A stretch of DNA of 64,000 nt from Eledone cirrhosa. Taxonomy: Eukaryota. The position numbers and the translations under genes were made by a program. The DNA lies in NCBI GenBank assembly GCA_964016885.1, contig OZ024762.1:2728001-2792000 (forward strand). Reading direction: 5' to 3'. Shown here one piece after another: positions 38,616 through 51,310 of the stretch (the first letter of the stretch is position 1; every line of letters begins with the position of its first letter). Under the pieces are notes generated by a model that saw nothing but the letters and a program-made list of their open reading frames with translations, was not told the origin of the DNA and did not search any database.

Positions 38616-39409
38616 GGAGAAGGCAACTCAGGAAACAGAGACACGCGGTGAAAAGTTTTGGAGTGATCGTATCTCCTTGCTTCACTCCCTTCTCGACCGG
38701 CACTCGTACGGGTGATGACAGCAGAGCTGTGTCGGTGGTGCATTCCGTACCCGCCTCCCTGAGTAGTTGAACGTATTGAGCCTCGACTCCTTGCCTCTGC
38801 AGCGAGTTCAGCACTGCGTTGATTTCGACGCTGTCGAAGGCCTTCTCGTATTCTACGAAAGCGACGCAAAGAGGCATCTTGTACTCTTTTACTCTTTCAA
38901 TGGCATAAGGGATGTGCTCAAGGGGTGGCTGGACAAGACCACCCGCGCCAACCTCTTCAATAGCACAGTTTTACCTGCAATGTTATATGGCAGTGAAATT
39001 TGGGCTACAACGAAGAGAGAAGAGCAGAGGCTGGTAACGGCTCAAAGAGCCATGGAGAGATCAATGCTAGGAATCTCGTTGAGAGAGCACATCAGGAGCG
39101 AAGTCATCAGACAGAAGTCCGGCGTGAGGGACGTCATCATGGAATATATGCGCAGCAAGTTCAGATGGGCTGGACACGTCGCCCGGTTCACCGATAATCG
39201 GTGGACCCGCGCAGTTGCCGAGTGGTACCCGCGCGAGCGGAAACGGCCACTCGGAAGGCGTCCACGAGGGTGGATTTATCATTTTAAGAATATGATTGGA
39301 ACTACATAGATGAGGAAAGCACGATCCAGAGAGGAATGGACGGCGTGCTGTGACCAGTGGCGCCGAATGGACGCCCGACAGACTGGTCGGTCAAGGTGAT
39401 CAAGGTGAT
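38616..39409 (+). mobile_element. 5'-truncated, 5'-inverted RTE-1-like LINE fragment
   Basis: Minus-strand RT piece ([20 protein letters not shown]...[17 protein letters not shown]) joined at about 38890 to plus-strand C-terminus ([16 protein letters not shown]...FRWAGHVAR...RPLGRRP) ending (CAAGGTGAT)2. Confidence 0.88.
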
Positions 39410-39449
39410 ATATATGTATGTATATATATATATATATATATATATACGT

Positions 39450-39780
39450 ATGTATAATGATGTTGACTTGTTCTTCTTTTTGGTAAATATCATCTTGGTT
39501 AAGAGAGTGGGACTGGCTTTGTGCAGTGCCTTTGCTCACTATAAAAGCTTCACGGCACAGGCATTGCTTTATATCTGGAGATCTCCCTGCACTTGTCGTC
39601 ACATGGTACCATGGGCCCAGCACTATGTGTCAATAATTGTCACAGGTGTAGTGTTTGTACCAGAGTTTTCAAGTCGCTGGCTGGACTAAAAAGTCGCATT
39701 CGTTCAGCACATCGGTAGGGGTTCTCCTACATGGATATAAAGTAGTGGCCGTACTCAAAAACGAGTTGGCAGCCACCATA
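39450..39780 (+). mobile_element. Degenerate RTE/BovB-like LINE 3' end with C2H2 finger
   Basis: CSVCTRVFKSLAGLKSRIRSAHR* followed by short 3' UTR and (TA/TG) tract. Confidence 0.6.
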
Positions 39781-39800
39781 TACGTATGTATATATGTATG

Positions 39801-40460
39801 TCTTGCTACAATAATTTCTATACTTTTCATTTATATTTATACTCGGATTTCTTTCCTAGAGTGCTTAAAATTTATTTGTGACTAATCCCGGTCTTTTTTT
39901 TAAAAAAACCCCGCGATAATATTGCTTTTGCTGAACTCCTTATATTCTAGAGTTTTTTTCGGAATGTTTTTGACTGTTGTTTCATGTAAACAGACATTCG
40001 TCTCATTTTGACGTCACCAGCTCTGTCTCTATTGTGTGTTTTTCTTCATAATTACGCATGATGTTGAACTAGCCTGCTTTTAAATTCCCTTTTTGGCATA
40101 TTATAAACAGTGGAACTTTGGTTATCGTGTCTTTGAGCTCTGCTGATGATCGACTCCAACCGTGACCATCCCCACTGAAAGTTTCGTGAAATAGTCTTTA
40201 AGACTATACAGACCATTGTAGTTTTTCCAAATAGAAGGATGAGTATTTTAAACTTTATTTTATTCTGAGTTAAGGCTCTATTGATTTTTTCCTGGATTTC
40301 ACCAAATTCTGTGGATAAATCTATATCCTGATTCTTTTTGAATTGAGTTTGAATTATTTTCCAACATCTTACGTTAACCATTTTTCCATTTTGACGTTAA
40401 AGTCACTTATATGTTATGGAATACTGTTGGCTTCTTGCTACAATAATTTCTATACTTTTC

Positions 40461-40468
<8 letters not shown>
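39801..40468 (-). mobile_element. Possible decayed Penelope-like element (GIY-YIG remnant) bounded by 36-bp direct repeats
   Basis: TCTTGCTACAATAATTTCTATACTTTTCATTTATAT at 39801 and 40433; minus ORF contains STVYNMPKREFKSRLVQHH resembling GIY-YIG Y.G.T.R.FK.R..QH. Confidence 0.35.
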
Positions 40469-40532
<64 letters not shown>

Positions 40533-40579
40533 GTATATATATATATATATACGTATATATATATATATATATATATACG

Positions 40580-40674
<95 letters not shown>

Positions 40675-40675
40675 G

Positions 40676-40720
<45 letters not shown>

Positions 40721-40721
40721 G

Positions 40722-40774
<53 letters not shown>

Positions 40775-40775
40775 G

Positions 40776-40806
<31 letters not shown>

Positions 40807-40864
40807 GTATGTATATATATATATATATATATATACGTATATATATATATATATATATATATAC

Positions 40865-40918
<54 letters not shown>

Positions 40919-40937
40919 GTATATATATATATATATG

Positions 40938-40972
<35 letters not shown>

Positions 40973-41169
40973 GTATATATAAATGTAAAGCCATCAATAG
41001 AAAATTTGGTATCAATCAGCTGTAAAAGGTCAAGTCAGGTCAATTGTGAAAGGTCAGTATATATATATATCCTCCTCTACCAATGTATCACTGGTACTAT
41101 ATATATATATATCCTCCTCTCCAATCGCCTTTACTTTATAGACACCAGTACGTTACTGGTACTTTATAA

Positions 41170-41385
41170 CTCCCACCCCGCCCCTGAAAGACAGAGCTAA
41201 TTACGGCAAGATTTGATCAATTAGAATAATTAAAATTCAATTTCTATAGCTATATTTTTCACTTCCGGTTTCTTTTACAACTTCCGTTGGAAAATCTTCT
41301 CGCCATTTTAACTTAGTTTCAGATCTCGGAATATTTACCCCTGTTTTATTGTCTTGGATTATTTTATTACAGTTTCAGGTAATTT
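41170..41385. promoter_or_regulatory. Candidate housekeeping-type promoter / first exon
   Basis: GC box CCCCGCCCC (about 41176), ETS ACTTCCGG (41261-41268) and ACTTCCG (41280), YY1 CGCCATTTT (41301-41309), donor CAG|GTAATT at 41379. Confidence 0.45.
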
Positions 41386-41599
41386 AAGCAACTTTATTTT
41401 TTGTATTTGTTCGTTTGGTAATATTTTGATACTGTTGTTAGTTTTCTCCATTACACTCGCCTCCTCTGTAGAGACGTGCCTCAGCCTCCCCTTCATATCG
41501 GGCATTCATTGATCTTGGGTTCAATTGATATTTTCTTTGGTTTTAATTATATATTTTTAGCTGAAATATTTATGTAATTAAGTATTGTATATTATTAGT

Positions 41600-41932
41600 T
41601 GATAGAATGGTTAACTCGGAGATGAGTGAGTCACACCAGGTAGAGCCACTCGTTCAAAGATAACAGCTGCGATATCATGTGGTTAGAATGTCTCAGCAAA
41701 GAATTGCTGGATAGATTTTTACGGGCAAAAACCAACCAGCAGGAGACCCAAGGGTAGATCCCGAACAAGATGGTTGGATAACATCCATGAGCTTGGCTGA
41801 TCTCGCTTGGAGGATCCAGCTGGACCAGGTGGAGACGTTGGCTTCTGACAGGACTCACTGGAAGGAGTGTTTGGGGACTTTGGTTCACCCGTACAACCCT
41901 CCCAGGAATAAGTGGAGCAAGAAGACGAAGAA
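41600..41932 (+). mobile_element. Degenerate RTE-clade LINE 3' fragment
   Basis: Broken frame QLRYHVVRM...RRPKGRSRTRWLDNI...LASDRTHWKECL, ends in (AAG)-type tail. Confidence 0.7.
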
Positions 41933-42102
41933 ATAATTGTTTCTACTTTAGGCACAAGGCCAGCAATTACCCAGTTCATTACTGGTACTTTATTTTATCG
42001 ACCCCCGTAAGGATGAAAGGCAAAGTTAACCTCGGCGGGATTTGAACTCAGACTGTAACTATGCTAGAAAGCATGGCGTCCAACCCTCTACCGATACTGC
42101 CA
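41931..42102 (-). mobile_element. Nin/Deu-domain SINE
   Basis: Full copy, reverse complement of consensus seen elsewhere in window. Confidence 0.82.
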
Positions 42103-42379
42103 TGTGCATATATATTTAGTATACCGACCATCCCCTCCGTGAGAACTGGGAACTCTCCGGTGGTTGTGGTGGAGGGGAATGACAGAAAACGAGTAATTTA
42201 CGAAGGTTTTGGAGGATATAAATTAGTTCAAAATTCATTTCAGGAAAATACTCTTCAGTCTGAAGACCCAAAGTGGGTGGGAGATCTCCCCGGCGGACGG
42301 GGAGATCTCCCCCGGGGGACGGGGAGAGTTGACAGGTTTGATATACAGACAGAAAATATTCTGTAAATGAAATTCAATC

Positions 42380-42575
42380 TGTCGGTTGGTAAAGATGTAA
42401 ACATCTGTTAATTGGTAAAGATGTGAACATCTGCTGGTTGGTAAAGATGTAAACATCTGTTAATTGGTAAAGATGTGAACATCTGCTGGTTGGTAAAGAT
42501 GTAAACATCTGTCAGTTGGTAAAGATGTAAACATCTGTCAGTTGGTAAAGATGTTAACATCTGTTGGTAAAGATA
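42380..42575. repeat. About 25-bp minisatellite
   Basis: TTGGTAAAGATGT(A/G)AACATCTG units. Confidence 0.85.
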
Positions 42576-42684
42576 TAAAAATGAAGTGTTCAACAATAAA
42601 ACAAGGTCGGGGGGTAAATTTAGTTTCGGAAAGTTGCCACAGGGTTAACAGGCTTCTAAAGGTTGGGTCTCCGTGCCCTAACTC

Positions 42685-42765
42685 AACATTGGCCCACGGC
42701 CCTCCTCGCCCCCCTCTCCCAAGCCAATCAATAAGTCTTCGTGGTAGATTCCAGAAAGTTCCAAT
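42685..42765. promoter_or_regulatory. Candidate stress-responsive element cluster (ERSE-II, NF-Y, HSE)
   Basis: ATTGG-C-CCACG (42688-42698), AGCCAATCA (42722-42730), aTTCcaGAAagTTCc (42748-42762). Confidence 0.4.
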
Positions 42766-45468
42766 TAAGAAAGACGATGTTGAGTATGGCAGATTAATTT
42801 GGCAAATCTACAGCTTGTTGTTGTTGTTGTTGTTACTGTAATAGTTGTATTAGTTGTTGTAGATGTTGGTGTTGTTTTGATTGTGGTTACAGATGTTGTT
42901 AATGATGATGATGGTGGTGGCAGTAATGATGGTGGTGGTGATGGTGTGAATGATGGTGGGGGTGATGATGGGGGTGGGTATGACGATGGGGGTGGGGATG
43001 ACGATAATGACGATGGGGATGGGGAGGGGATGATAGTGATGATGGTGGTGGTGGGGATGATGACGATGGTGGTGGGGATGATAGTGATGGGGATGATAGT
43101 GGTGGGGATGATAGTGATGATGATGATGGTGGTGGGGAGGATGATGGTTGTGGGGATGATAGTGACGATGGTGGTGGGGGCTGGGATGATAGTGATGATG
43201 GTGATGGTGGTGGGGATGATGATGGTGGTGGGGATGGTGGTGGGGGATGATAGTGATGATGGTGATGGTGGTGGGGATGACGATGGTGGTGGGGATGATG
43301 ATGGTGGTGGGGATGGTGGTGGGGGATGATAGTGATGATGGTGATGGTGGTGAGGGATGATGCTGGGGGCTGGGGATGATGGTGATGGTGATTGAGTTGT
43401 CAACAACTGTTAAAACGAATCTGGGCCACCCACTCCGCCGCCCCCCCCCCCCTCCCACCTTCCATGATAAACCACTCCATCTGGTGGCCAGTTGAGGGAG
43501 ATAGTGGGTCATGTGGAGGAGGAGGAGGGAGGGTGGTGTCGGTGCATTGGAGCTCTACCAACCTCTCTCTCTCTCTCTCTCTCTCTCTAGATGTATGCAA
43601 ATATATGCATAAATGTGTGTGTATGTATGTCACTGTGTGTATGTGTCACTGTGTATGTATGTATGTCACTGTGTGTATGTGTCACTGTGTATGTATGTAT
43701 GTCACTGTGTGTATGTGTCACTGTGTATGTATGTATGTCACTGTGTATGTATATATGTCACTCTGTGTGTATATATGTCACTGTATGTGTGTCACTGTGT
43801 GTGTATGTATGTCACTGTGTGTGTGTATGTATGTCACTGTGTGTGTATGTATGTCACTGTGTCTGTATGTGTGTATATATATATATATGTATGTATATGT
43901 GTGTATGTATGTATGCATGTATATGTATGCGTGTATGTATGTATATATGTGTGTATGTATATATGTGTGTATGTATGTATGTATGTGTGTGTATATATGT
44001 GTATGTATGTATGCATGTATGTGTGTGTATGTATATATGTGTATGTGTGTATCTATGTGTATGTATGCATGTATATGTATGTGTGTATATGTGTATGTAT
44101 GTGTATATATGTGTATGTATGTATATGTGTGTATGTATGCATGTATATGTATATGTGTATGTATATGTATGTGTGTATGTATGTGTGTATGCATATGTAT
44201 ATGTATGTATGTATGTATGTATATGTATGTGTGTATGTATGTGTGTATGTATATGTGTATGTGTATATGTATGTATGTATGTATGTATATGTATATGTGT
44301 ATGTATATGTATGTGTGTATGTATGTGTGTATGCATATGTATATGTATGTATGTATGTATGTATGTATATGTGTGTATGTATGTGTATGTGTGTATGTAT
44401 ATGTGTATATGTATATGTATGTATGTATGTATGTGTATATGTATGTGTCCTCTTTACCTGGTCAGCTTCCAGCTTAATAATTACAGTGTAGAGATGATGT
44501 AAGGAAGTGGTGGGAGGTGTGGGGAGAGGTAGAGACCCCCCCCCCCACACTTATCTACTTCCTCTTCCTCCTTCCCATCATTCTCCATCTTCCAGCCAAA
44601 GTTGACCTAAATACCAGATACCACCACCCCACCTCACCCCACACTCCAACCCAGCCCATATCTCTCTCTCACCTTCTCTCTCTATCACTATATATCTCTC
44701 TCTTTCTCTCTCTCTATCACTCTCTCTCTCTCTCACCTCTATCACTATATATCTCTCTCTCCCACCTCTCTCTCTATCACTATATCTCTATCAGTATATC
44801 TCTCTCTCTTTCTCTCTCTCTATCACTATCTCTCTCTCTCTCTCTCACCTCTATCACTATATATCTCTCTCTCCCACCTCTCTCTCTATCACTATATCTC
44901 TATCAGTATATCTCTCTCTCTTTCTCTCTCTCTATCACTATCTCTCTCTCTCTCTCACCTCTATCACTATATATCTCTCTCTCCCACCTCTCTCTCTATC
45001 ACTATATCTCTATCAGTATATCTCTCTCTCTTTCTCTCTCTCTATCACTATCTCTCTCTCTCTCTCACCTCTATCACTATATATCTCTCTCTCCCACCTC
45101 TCTCTCTATCACTATATCTCTATCAGTATATCTCTCTCTCTTTCTCTCTCTCTATCAGTATATCTCTCTCTCTCTCTCACCTCTATCACTATATATCTCT
45201 CTCTCCCACCTCTATCTCTATATCTCTATCAGTATATCTCTCTCTCTTTCTCTCTCTCTATCACTATATATCTCTCTCTCCCACCTCTATCTCTATCACT
45301 ATATCTCTACCCCCCCTATTTATTGCTACCCCCCCCCCCCCCCACACAATCTCAACATCTAGTTATATGGTAGGCACAGTCTACTTAGATGTGAATAACG
45401 TCCATTACTGTACTATGTGGTACTATATACATATACATATATACACATATATATATATATATACACAC

Positions 45469-45501
<33 letters not shown>

Positions 45502-45519
45502 CACACATATATATATATA

Positions 45520-46270
45520 TACACACATACATGCATGTGTGTATATATAGAGAAACACCGTCATATACACACACATATATATATATACACACATACATGC
45601 ATGTGTGTATATATATAGACAAACACCTTCATATACACACATACATGCATATGTGTATATATAGACAAACACCCTCATATACACACATACATGCATATGT
45701 GTATATATAGACAAACACCCTCATATACACACATACATGCATGTGTATATATATAGACAAACACCCTCATATACACACATACATGCATGTGTGTATATAT
45801 AGAGAAACACCGCCATATACACACACATATATATATACACACATACATGCATGTGTATATATATATAGACAAGCACCCTCATATACACACATACATGCAT
45901 GTGTATATATATATAGACAAGCACCCTCATATACACACATACATGCATGTGTGTATATATAGACAAGCACCCTCATATACACACATACATGCATGTGTGT
46001 ATATATAGAGAAACACCCTCATATACACACATATATATATACACACATACATGCATGTGTATATATATAGACAAGCACCCTCATATACACACATACATGC
46101 ATGTGTATATATATATAGACAAGCACCCTCATATACACACATACATGCATGTGTGTATATATAGACAAGCACCCTCATATACACACATACATGCATGTGT
46201 GTATATATAGACAAGCACCCTCATATACACACATACATGCATGTGTGTATATATAGACACCGTCATATAC
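45520..46270. repeat. About 40-bp minisatellite
   Basis: AGACAAGCACCCTCATATACACACATACATGCATGTGT units. Confidence 0.85.
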
Positions 46271-46642
46271 ACACTCCAGTCCAGCACCGTGTTAAGTGGT
46301 TGGCGTTAGGAAAGACATCCAGCCATAGAAAACCAGGCCAAACCTGACTGTTGACCTGTCTGACCCCATAACATGATACAGCATATAAACCAGGTTAGCA
46401 TGAAATATAGAGGTTAAACTGTTGATGAGGGTGGTGGTGGTGGTTGTGGTGGTAATGGTGGTGGTTGTGGTTGTGGTGGTGGTAATGGTGGCGGTGGTCG
46501 TCGTCGTCGACTTACCTATGAGATCAATAAGAGCTTAGGGGTCATACACATTAAGGGATTTGTTTTTAAAAAATACATTTTTAATGTTTACACTAAAGAG
46601 AAGGGCTTCAAATTTCTTGTAACTTAAGGCCTCAACAGGGGA

Positions 46643-46681
<39 letters not shown>

Positions 46682-46685
<4 letters not shown>

Positions 46686-46874
46686 TTAATATAGATGAGA
46701 TTCTACAGGACTAGAACTGTTTCATTCCTTAGAAATCATCAGGATTCCTGATGATTTCTAAGGAATGAAACAGTTCTAGTCCTGTAGAATCTCATCTATA
46801 TTAAAACTTTTATACTCTGCAATGTATTGAGTACCTTACTTACTGTGGTTACCTCCGATTCAACCCGGAATAAC

Positions 46875-46878
<4 letters not shown>
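46682..46878 (+). mobile_element. Perfect 63-bp-arm palindrome with CTGATGA...GAAAC core, Penelope-like
   Basis: Arms 46682-46744/46746-46808 exactly complementary, ATTAAA, one-sided tail, flanked by (TA)n; related degenerate copy at 21905-21990. Confidence 0.6.
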
Positions 46879-46912
<34 letters not shown>

Positions 46913-46942
46913 GAACCCCTTTCTTCCCGGGGCATAGATATA

Positions 46943-47555
46943 AGTCCAGGGAAGCAAGGGGTTCAGAGTACAGTAGATGTTTGATGGAGGGTATTTGCTT
47001 GGCTTCACGTCTCTGAACAGTTTCCAGTTCAATATTCTGAGCAAGATAGGGGTTCCAGACTGGTGATGCAAAGTCTGTGTGTGGCTGCACCATAGCTATA
47101 TATAGCTTTAAATAGATAGCTGGAGAGTGGCTGACAAAGTCTTGCTGAGTGATGTTAGGACACCCTCAGCCTTCTTGACAATTTTAGAGACGTGCTTCGT
47201 CCAACACAAATTGCTGCTGACAGTAATGCCCAGGTCACGAACACTTGATATTAGTGTTGTGGAGGGAGTATGTGAACGCTGGGTTTTTCCTCCCCAAATG
47301 CATGGGGGTACACTTGTCCCCAGCCAGCTTGAGTTTCCAGTCCGTAATCTATTGCTGCATTGTGTCTAGGTCTGATTGCAGGAAAGATCTATAACATGCA
47401 GGATCCATATCTCAAAGTACATTTTGATGTCATCTGCATATTTCAGCACTTTAATGTCATTAATATATGCAACAAACAAAAGGGGACCAAGAACAGATCC
47501 CTGCGATACACCAGATGACATCTCATAGGGTGAAGAATGCTGTCCTAGAACCGTG
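46943..47555 (-). mobile_element. CR1/L2-clade RT pseudogene fragment
   Basis: SGVSQGSVLGPLLFVAYINDI, KYADDIKMY, VRDLGITVSSNL, FASPVWNPY, ETVQRR; frameshifts and stops. Confidence 0.88.
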
Positions 47556-47853
47556 ACTACATCTTTTTGACTGAGAATTCTTGTTTGTTATCTGCTAATG
47601 TTCTAGAAACCATCATCTGTTGCATAACATCTGTTGCATAAAAGATGCTGGTTTTATGATGACCAAGCAGAACATTACATGTGTGAACCATAAGAGATTC
47701 CTCTGGTGAAGGATCCCACACAGACACACACACACACACACATGCACACGCACATAAACACATGCACATAAACACCAATAAATGGATACACATATGCATG
47801 TACATATACACACATATATAATGCATGTAACACACACATAAACACGTGTGTGC

Positions 47854-47893
<40 letters not shown>

Positions 47894-47897
47894 GTGC

Positions 47898-47957
<60 letters not shown>

Positions 47958-48966
47958 CTGTGTGTCTATTACAGGATCTTCCACCCTCACAGTTGCAACT
48001 CCTCTGTAATTTCCTGCCGATTCTACTGACAGGAAATTAATAGGTTTGGAGGTGGTGGTGGTGGATGTGTTGTGGTGGTGGTGGTGGTGGTGGTGGTGGT
48101 GGTAGTGGTGGTGGTGGATGTGTTGTGGTGGTGGTGGTGGTGGTGGTGGTGGTAGTGGATGTGTTGGTGGTGGTGGTAGTGGTGGTGGTGGATGTGTTGG
48201 TGGTGGTGGATGTGTTGTTGTGGTGGTAGTGGTGGATGTGTTGGTGGTGGTGGTAGTGGATGTGTTGGTGGTAGTGGTGGTGGTGGATGTGTTGTTGTGG
48301 TGGTGGTGGTAGTAGATGTGTTGTTGTTGTTGGTGGTGGTGGTGGATGTGTTGTTGTGGTGGTGGTGGATGTGTTGGTGGTGGTAGTAGTGGATGTGTTG
48401 GTGGTGGTGGTAGTGGATGTGTTGGTGGTAGTGGATGTGTTGTTGTTGTTGGTGGTGGTGGTAGTGGATGTGTTGGTAGTGGATGTGGTGGTGGGGGATG
48501 TGGTGGTGGTGGAGGTGGTGATGGATGGTTTAGTAGTGTTGTTTGTGGGAGTTGGGGTGTTGTGATGGTGCAGGTGGTTGTTGTTGTTGGTGGTGGTGGT
48601 CATTGTGATGATGGTTGATGATAATGACAATAATGATAAACATGTCGGTGATGATGGTAGGGACAGACTTCACCTTTCCACATCATTTAAGGTAACATGT
48701 TAAAAGGTGTCAGTCTTTAAAACAGATAAAATATTTTGTATTTTTGTGCCAATATTTTGTATTTTTTTTTACTTCAAAACCTGCTGAGGTCAACTTTGTG
48801 TTTCATCCTTTCAGGGGTTTCATAAAATATTATATCAGGTGAACACAGGGGCTGATTCTCTCCCCCTCTCTTTCACTTTCTCTCTCTCACTGTTATACCC
48901 ACTCTTTCTCTCTCACTCTTTTTAACTCTCTCTCATGGAGGGATAGACAGACAGAGAGTTAGATAA

Positions 48967-48997
<31 letters not shown>

Positions 48998-49052
48998 GAT
49001 AGATAGATAAATAGATAAATAGATAAATAGAGGTAGACAGATAGATAGATAA

Positions 49053-49084
<32 letters not shown>

Positions 49085-49602
49085 ATAGATAAATAGAGGT
49101 AGACAGATAAATAGAGATAGATAGATAGAGATAGTTAGATAAATAGACAGATAAATAAATAGAGATAGACAGATAAATAGATAGAGATAGATAAATAGAT
49201 AGACAGATGATTATGGCTGACTAAACAACAACAAAATATTTACAAAAAAAACAAAAACAATATACAATTTATTTTATGCAGTTTTTTTAATCATTTTCAA
49301 TTTTATTTCATTTTCCAAATGATATAATTTGATGTATTTTCACTTCTTATTTCAATATATTCTTATATAAAACAAAAAACAGTCAAATTTTGTAAACAGT
49401 AAAAAAGTTTTATTTAATTAAGCGAAAAATAATTAACAAAAAAAAATCATTATCAAAGATTAACAAAGAAACAAACAAAAAAAAAACAAACAAACAATGA
49501 TAAGAAAAAGGAAGATTTAGTAATATTTCCTTTATGGCGAAAATACTGGATATATATATATACCAGTACTGGGTGTATAAAGTATATATATATATATATA
49601 TT

Positions 49603-49662
<60 letters not shown>

Positions 49663-50269
49663 CATATATATATATATATGTAAATATATATATATGTATG
49701 CATACACACACACATAGATATGTGTGTGTGTGTATATGTATGTGTGTGTGTGTGTGTGTGTATATATTAGATACATGAATACAGGTTTATATAATTTATT
49801 TTTGTACAGTTCAGATATATATATACACAGACATGAGTATTAGTTTTTTGGTATATATATATATATATGTGAGTGTGTATATATGTGTATATATATATGT
49901 ATATGTATGTATATATGTGTGTGTGTGTGTAATAATAGCTTTATTTGGCATCAAATCTCTGTTTTCTTTTTTTTAGTTTTAATGTTACTTTTCATTCTGC
50001 AAGTGAAATAGAGTTGAAAGTCTTGTCTAAGGTCTCAATTGAACCTCTGCAGCTGTCTTTGGTTCAGTTCACTCATAACTTATTCTCTCTCTCTCTTTCT
50101 CCCTCTCTGCCTCTGTGTGTGTGTGTGTGTGTGTGTGTATTTCCATGTTTGCATTAGTGTGTTTGTATGTACATCTGTTTACATGCATGTGTGTGTTTGT
50201 CCTTGGACATATATAGAAACAGATGTATGTATGTGTGTATATATGTATGTATGTGTGTATATATATATA

Positions 50270-50545
50270 TGTATGTATGTATGGACCCGTAACTCCCGAT
50301 GGAGTGTTAGGACTGCTGTTAAGACATGTGGCATGTCTTGGGAATTTTAAACCTGGCAGAGCCCATTCCCTCCCCAGGTCTGAACACAGCACATTTCTTC
50401 CAGAAAAGGAGAGAATGGAAGTGATAAAGAGATATAGAGGAAGAATCGACCCCAGTATTTCACTGGTACTTTTTTTATTGACCTCAAGAGGATGAAAGGC
50501 AAAGTTGACCTCAGCAGGATTTGAACTCAGAGAGCCAAGGGCTGA
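50270..50545 (-). mobile_element. Nin/Deu SINE subfamily with alternative 3' module ending (CATA)n
   Basis: TTTTAA.CCTGG.AGAGCCCA...CCAGG.CTGA module next to SINE core; same arrangement at about 37000-37225 and 58580-58950. Confidence 0.65.
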
Positions 50546-50889
50546 AAGAAATACCACAAAAAAAAACATTCTCTCTGATGTTCCAACAACTTTGACCAAT
50601 TGACCACAGATTGTAACAGGTACTAGCAGTTGAGTCAACAGAACTATTTGGTTGATGGACTTGTTAGAAATAGCAATCACATCTCCCTCAAATCACTCAT
50701 TACCATCGTTATGAAAACAAAACCTCCCCAAAACATGACGAGACATTCAATAATGTAGTCTTAGATACACTGTGCTAAAAGCATAGGGTGTGGTGTGGTG
50801 GGGTGAGGTAGAGGTGGAGATTATATGTGTGGAAAACTCTGATCCTAGCTACATTGAATTAGGGCTGATCTCAGTTTAATCAACAAAAC

Positions 50890-51112
50890 CAGCTACTTTA
50901 TTTGTACCATCCTGTACCATCCTTTATGTTTTCTTTTATGTAAACCCTTGTGGCCAATAAAGAAAGAATTATTATTATTATTAAATAATAAAAATCTTTA
51001 CACACACAAAACCCAAATTGTACCGTCCTGTACCGTCCTGTGCCGTCCTGTGCCGTCTGTAATGTTTTTCTTGATGTCAGCCCTTGTGGCCAATAAAGAA
51101 ATTGTTATTATT
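50890..51112 (+). mobile_element. Two tandem retroelement 3' tails (CCCTTGTGGCCAATAAAGAA-(ATT)n)
   Basis: Same terminal motif at about 50945-50985 and 51081-51112, each preceded by GTACC(A/G)TCCT repeats. Confidence 0.5.
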
Positions 51113-51310
51113 ATTTTTATTATTGTTCTTTGAGTGTCAGTCATTGATGTTGGTTAACTGGGAAGTTTGTTGAAATGAATATCAAGCGACTACCTGCAGC
51201 CTCAGATATTCAGGACGTATCGGAGGGTTGTTGCTGTTCCCAGCAAGCATGCCTTTTGAAGTGTTCCAAAAAGTGGGGCTGGACTAATCTTCTTTAACCA
51301 TCCTAGGAAA
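51105..51310 (-). mobile_element. R4/Dong-like (RLE) LINE 3' end
   Basis: GWLKKISPAPLFGTLQKACLLGTATTLRYVLNI* then short UTR and (TAA)n tail; LQK..LLGTA..LR is typical of this group's C-terminus. Confidence 0.65.

Noticed and set aside
40343-41200. YI-repeat ORFs
   Set aside because: (TA)n microsatellite translations, as are the many CV/HT/YI ORFs across the window
42118-42340. MITE with terminal inverted repeats
   Set aside because: Right end looks TIR-like but left end matches poorly and no TSD is evident; single hAT-like ends at about 7908 and 31495 are likewise unpaired
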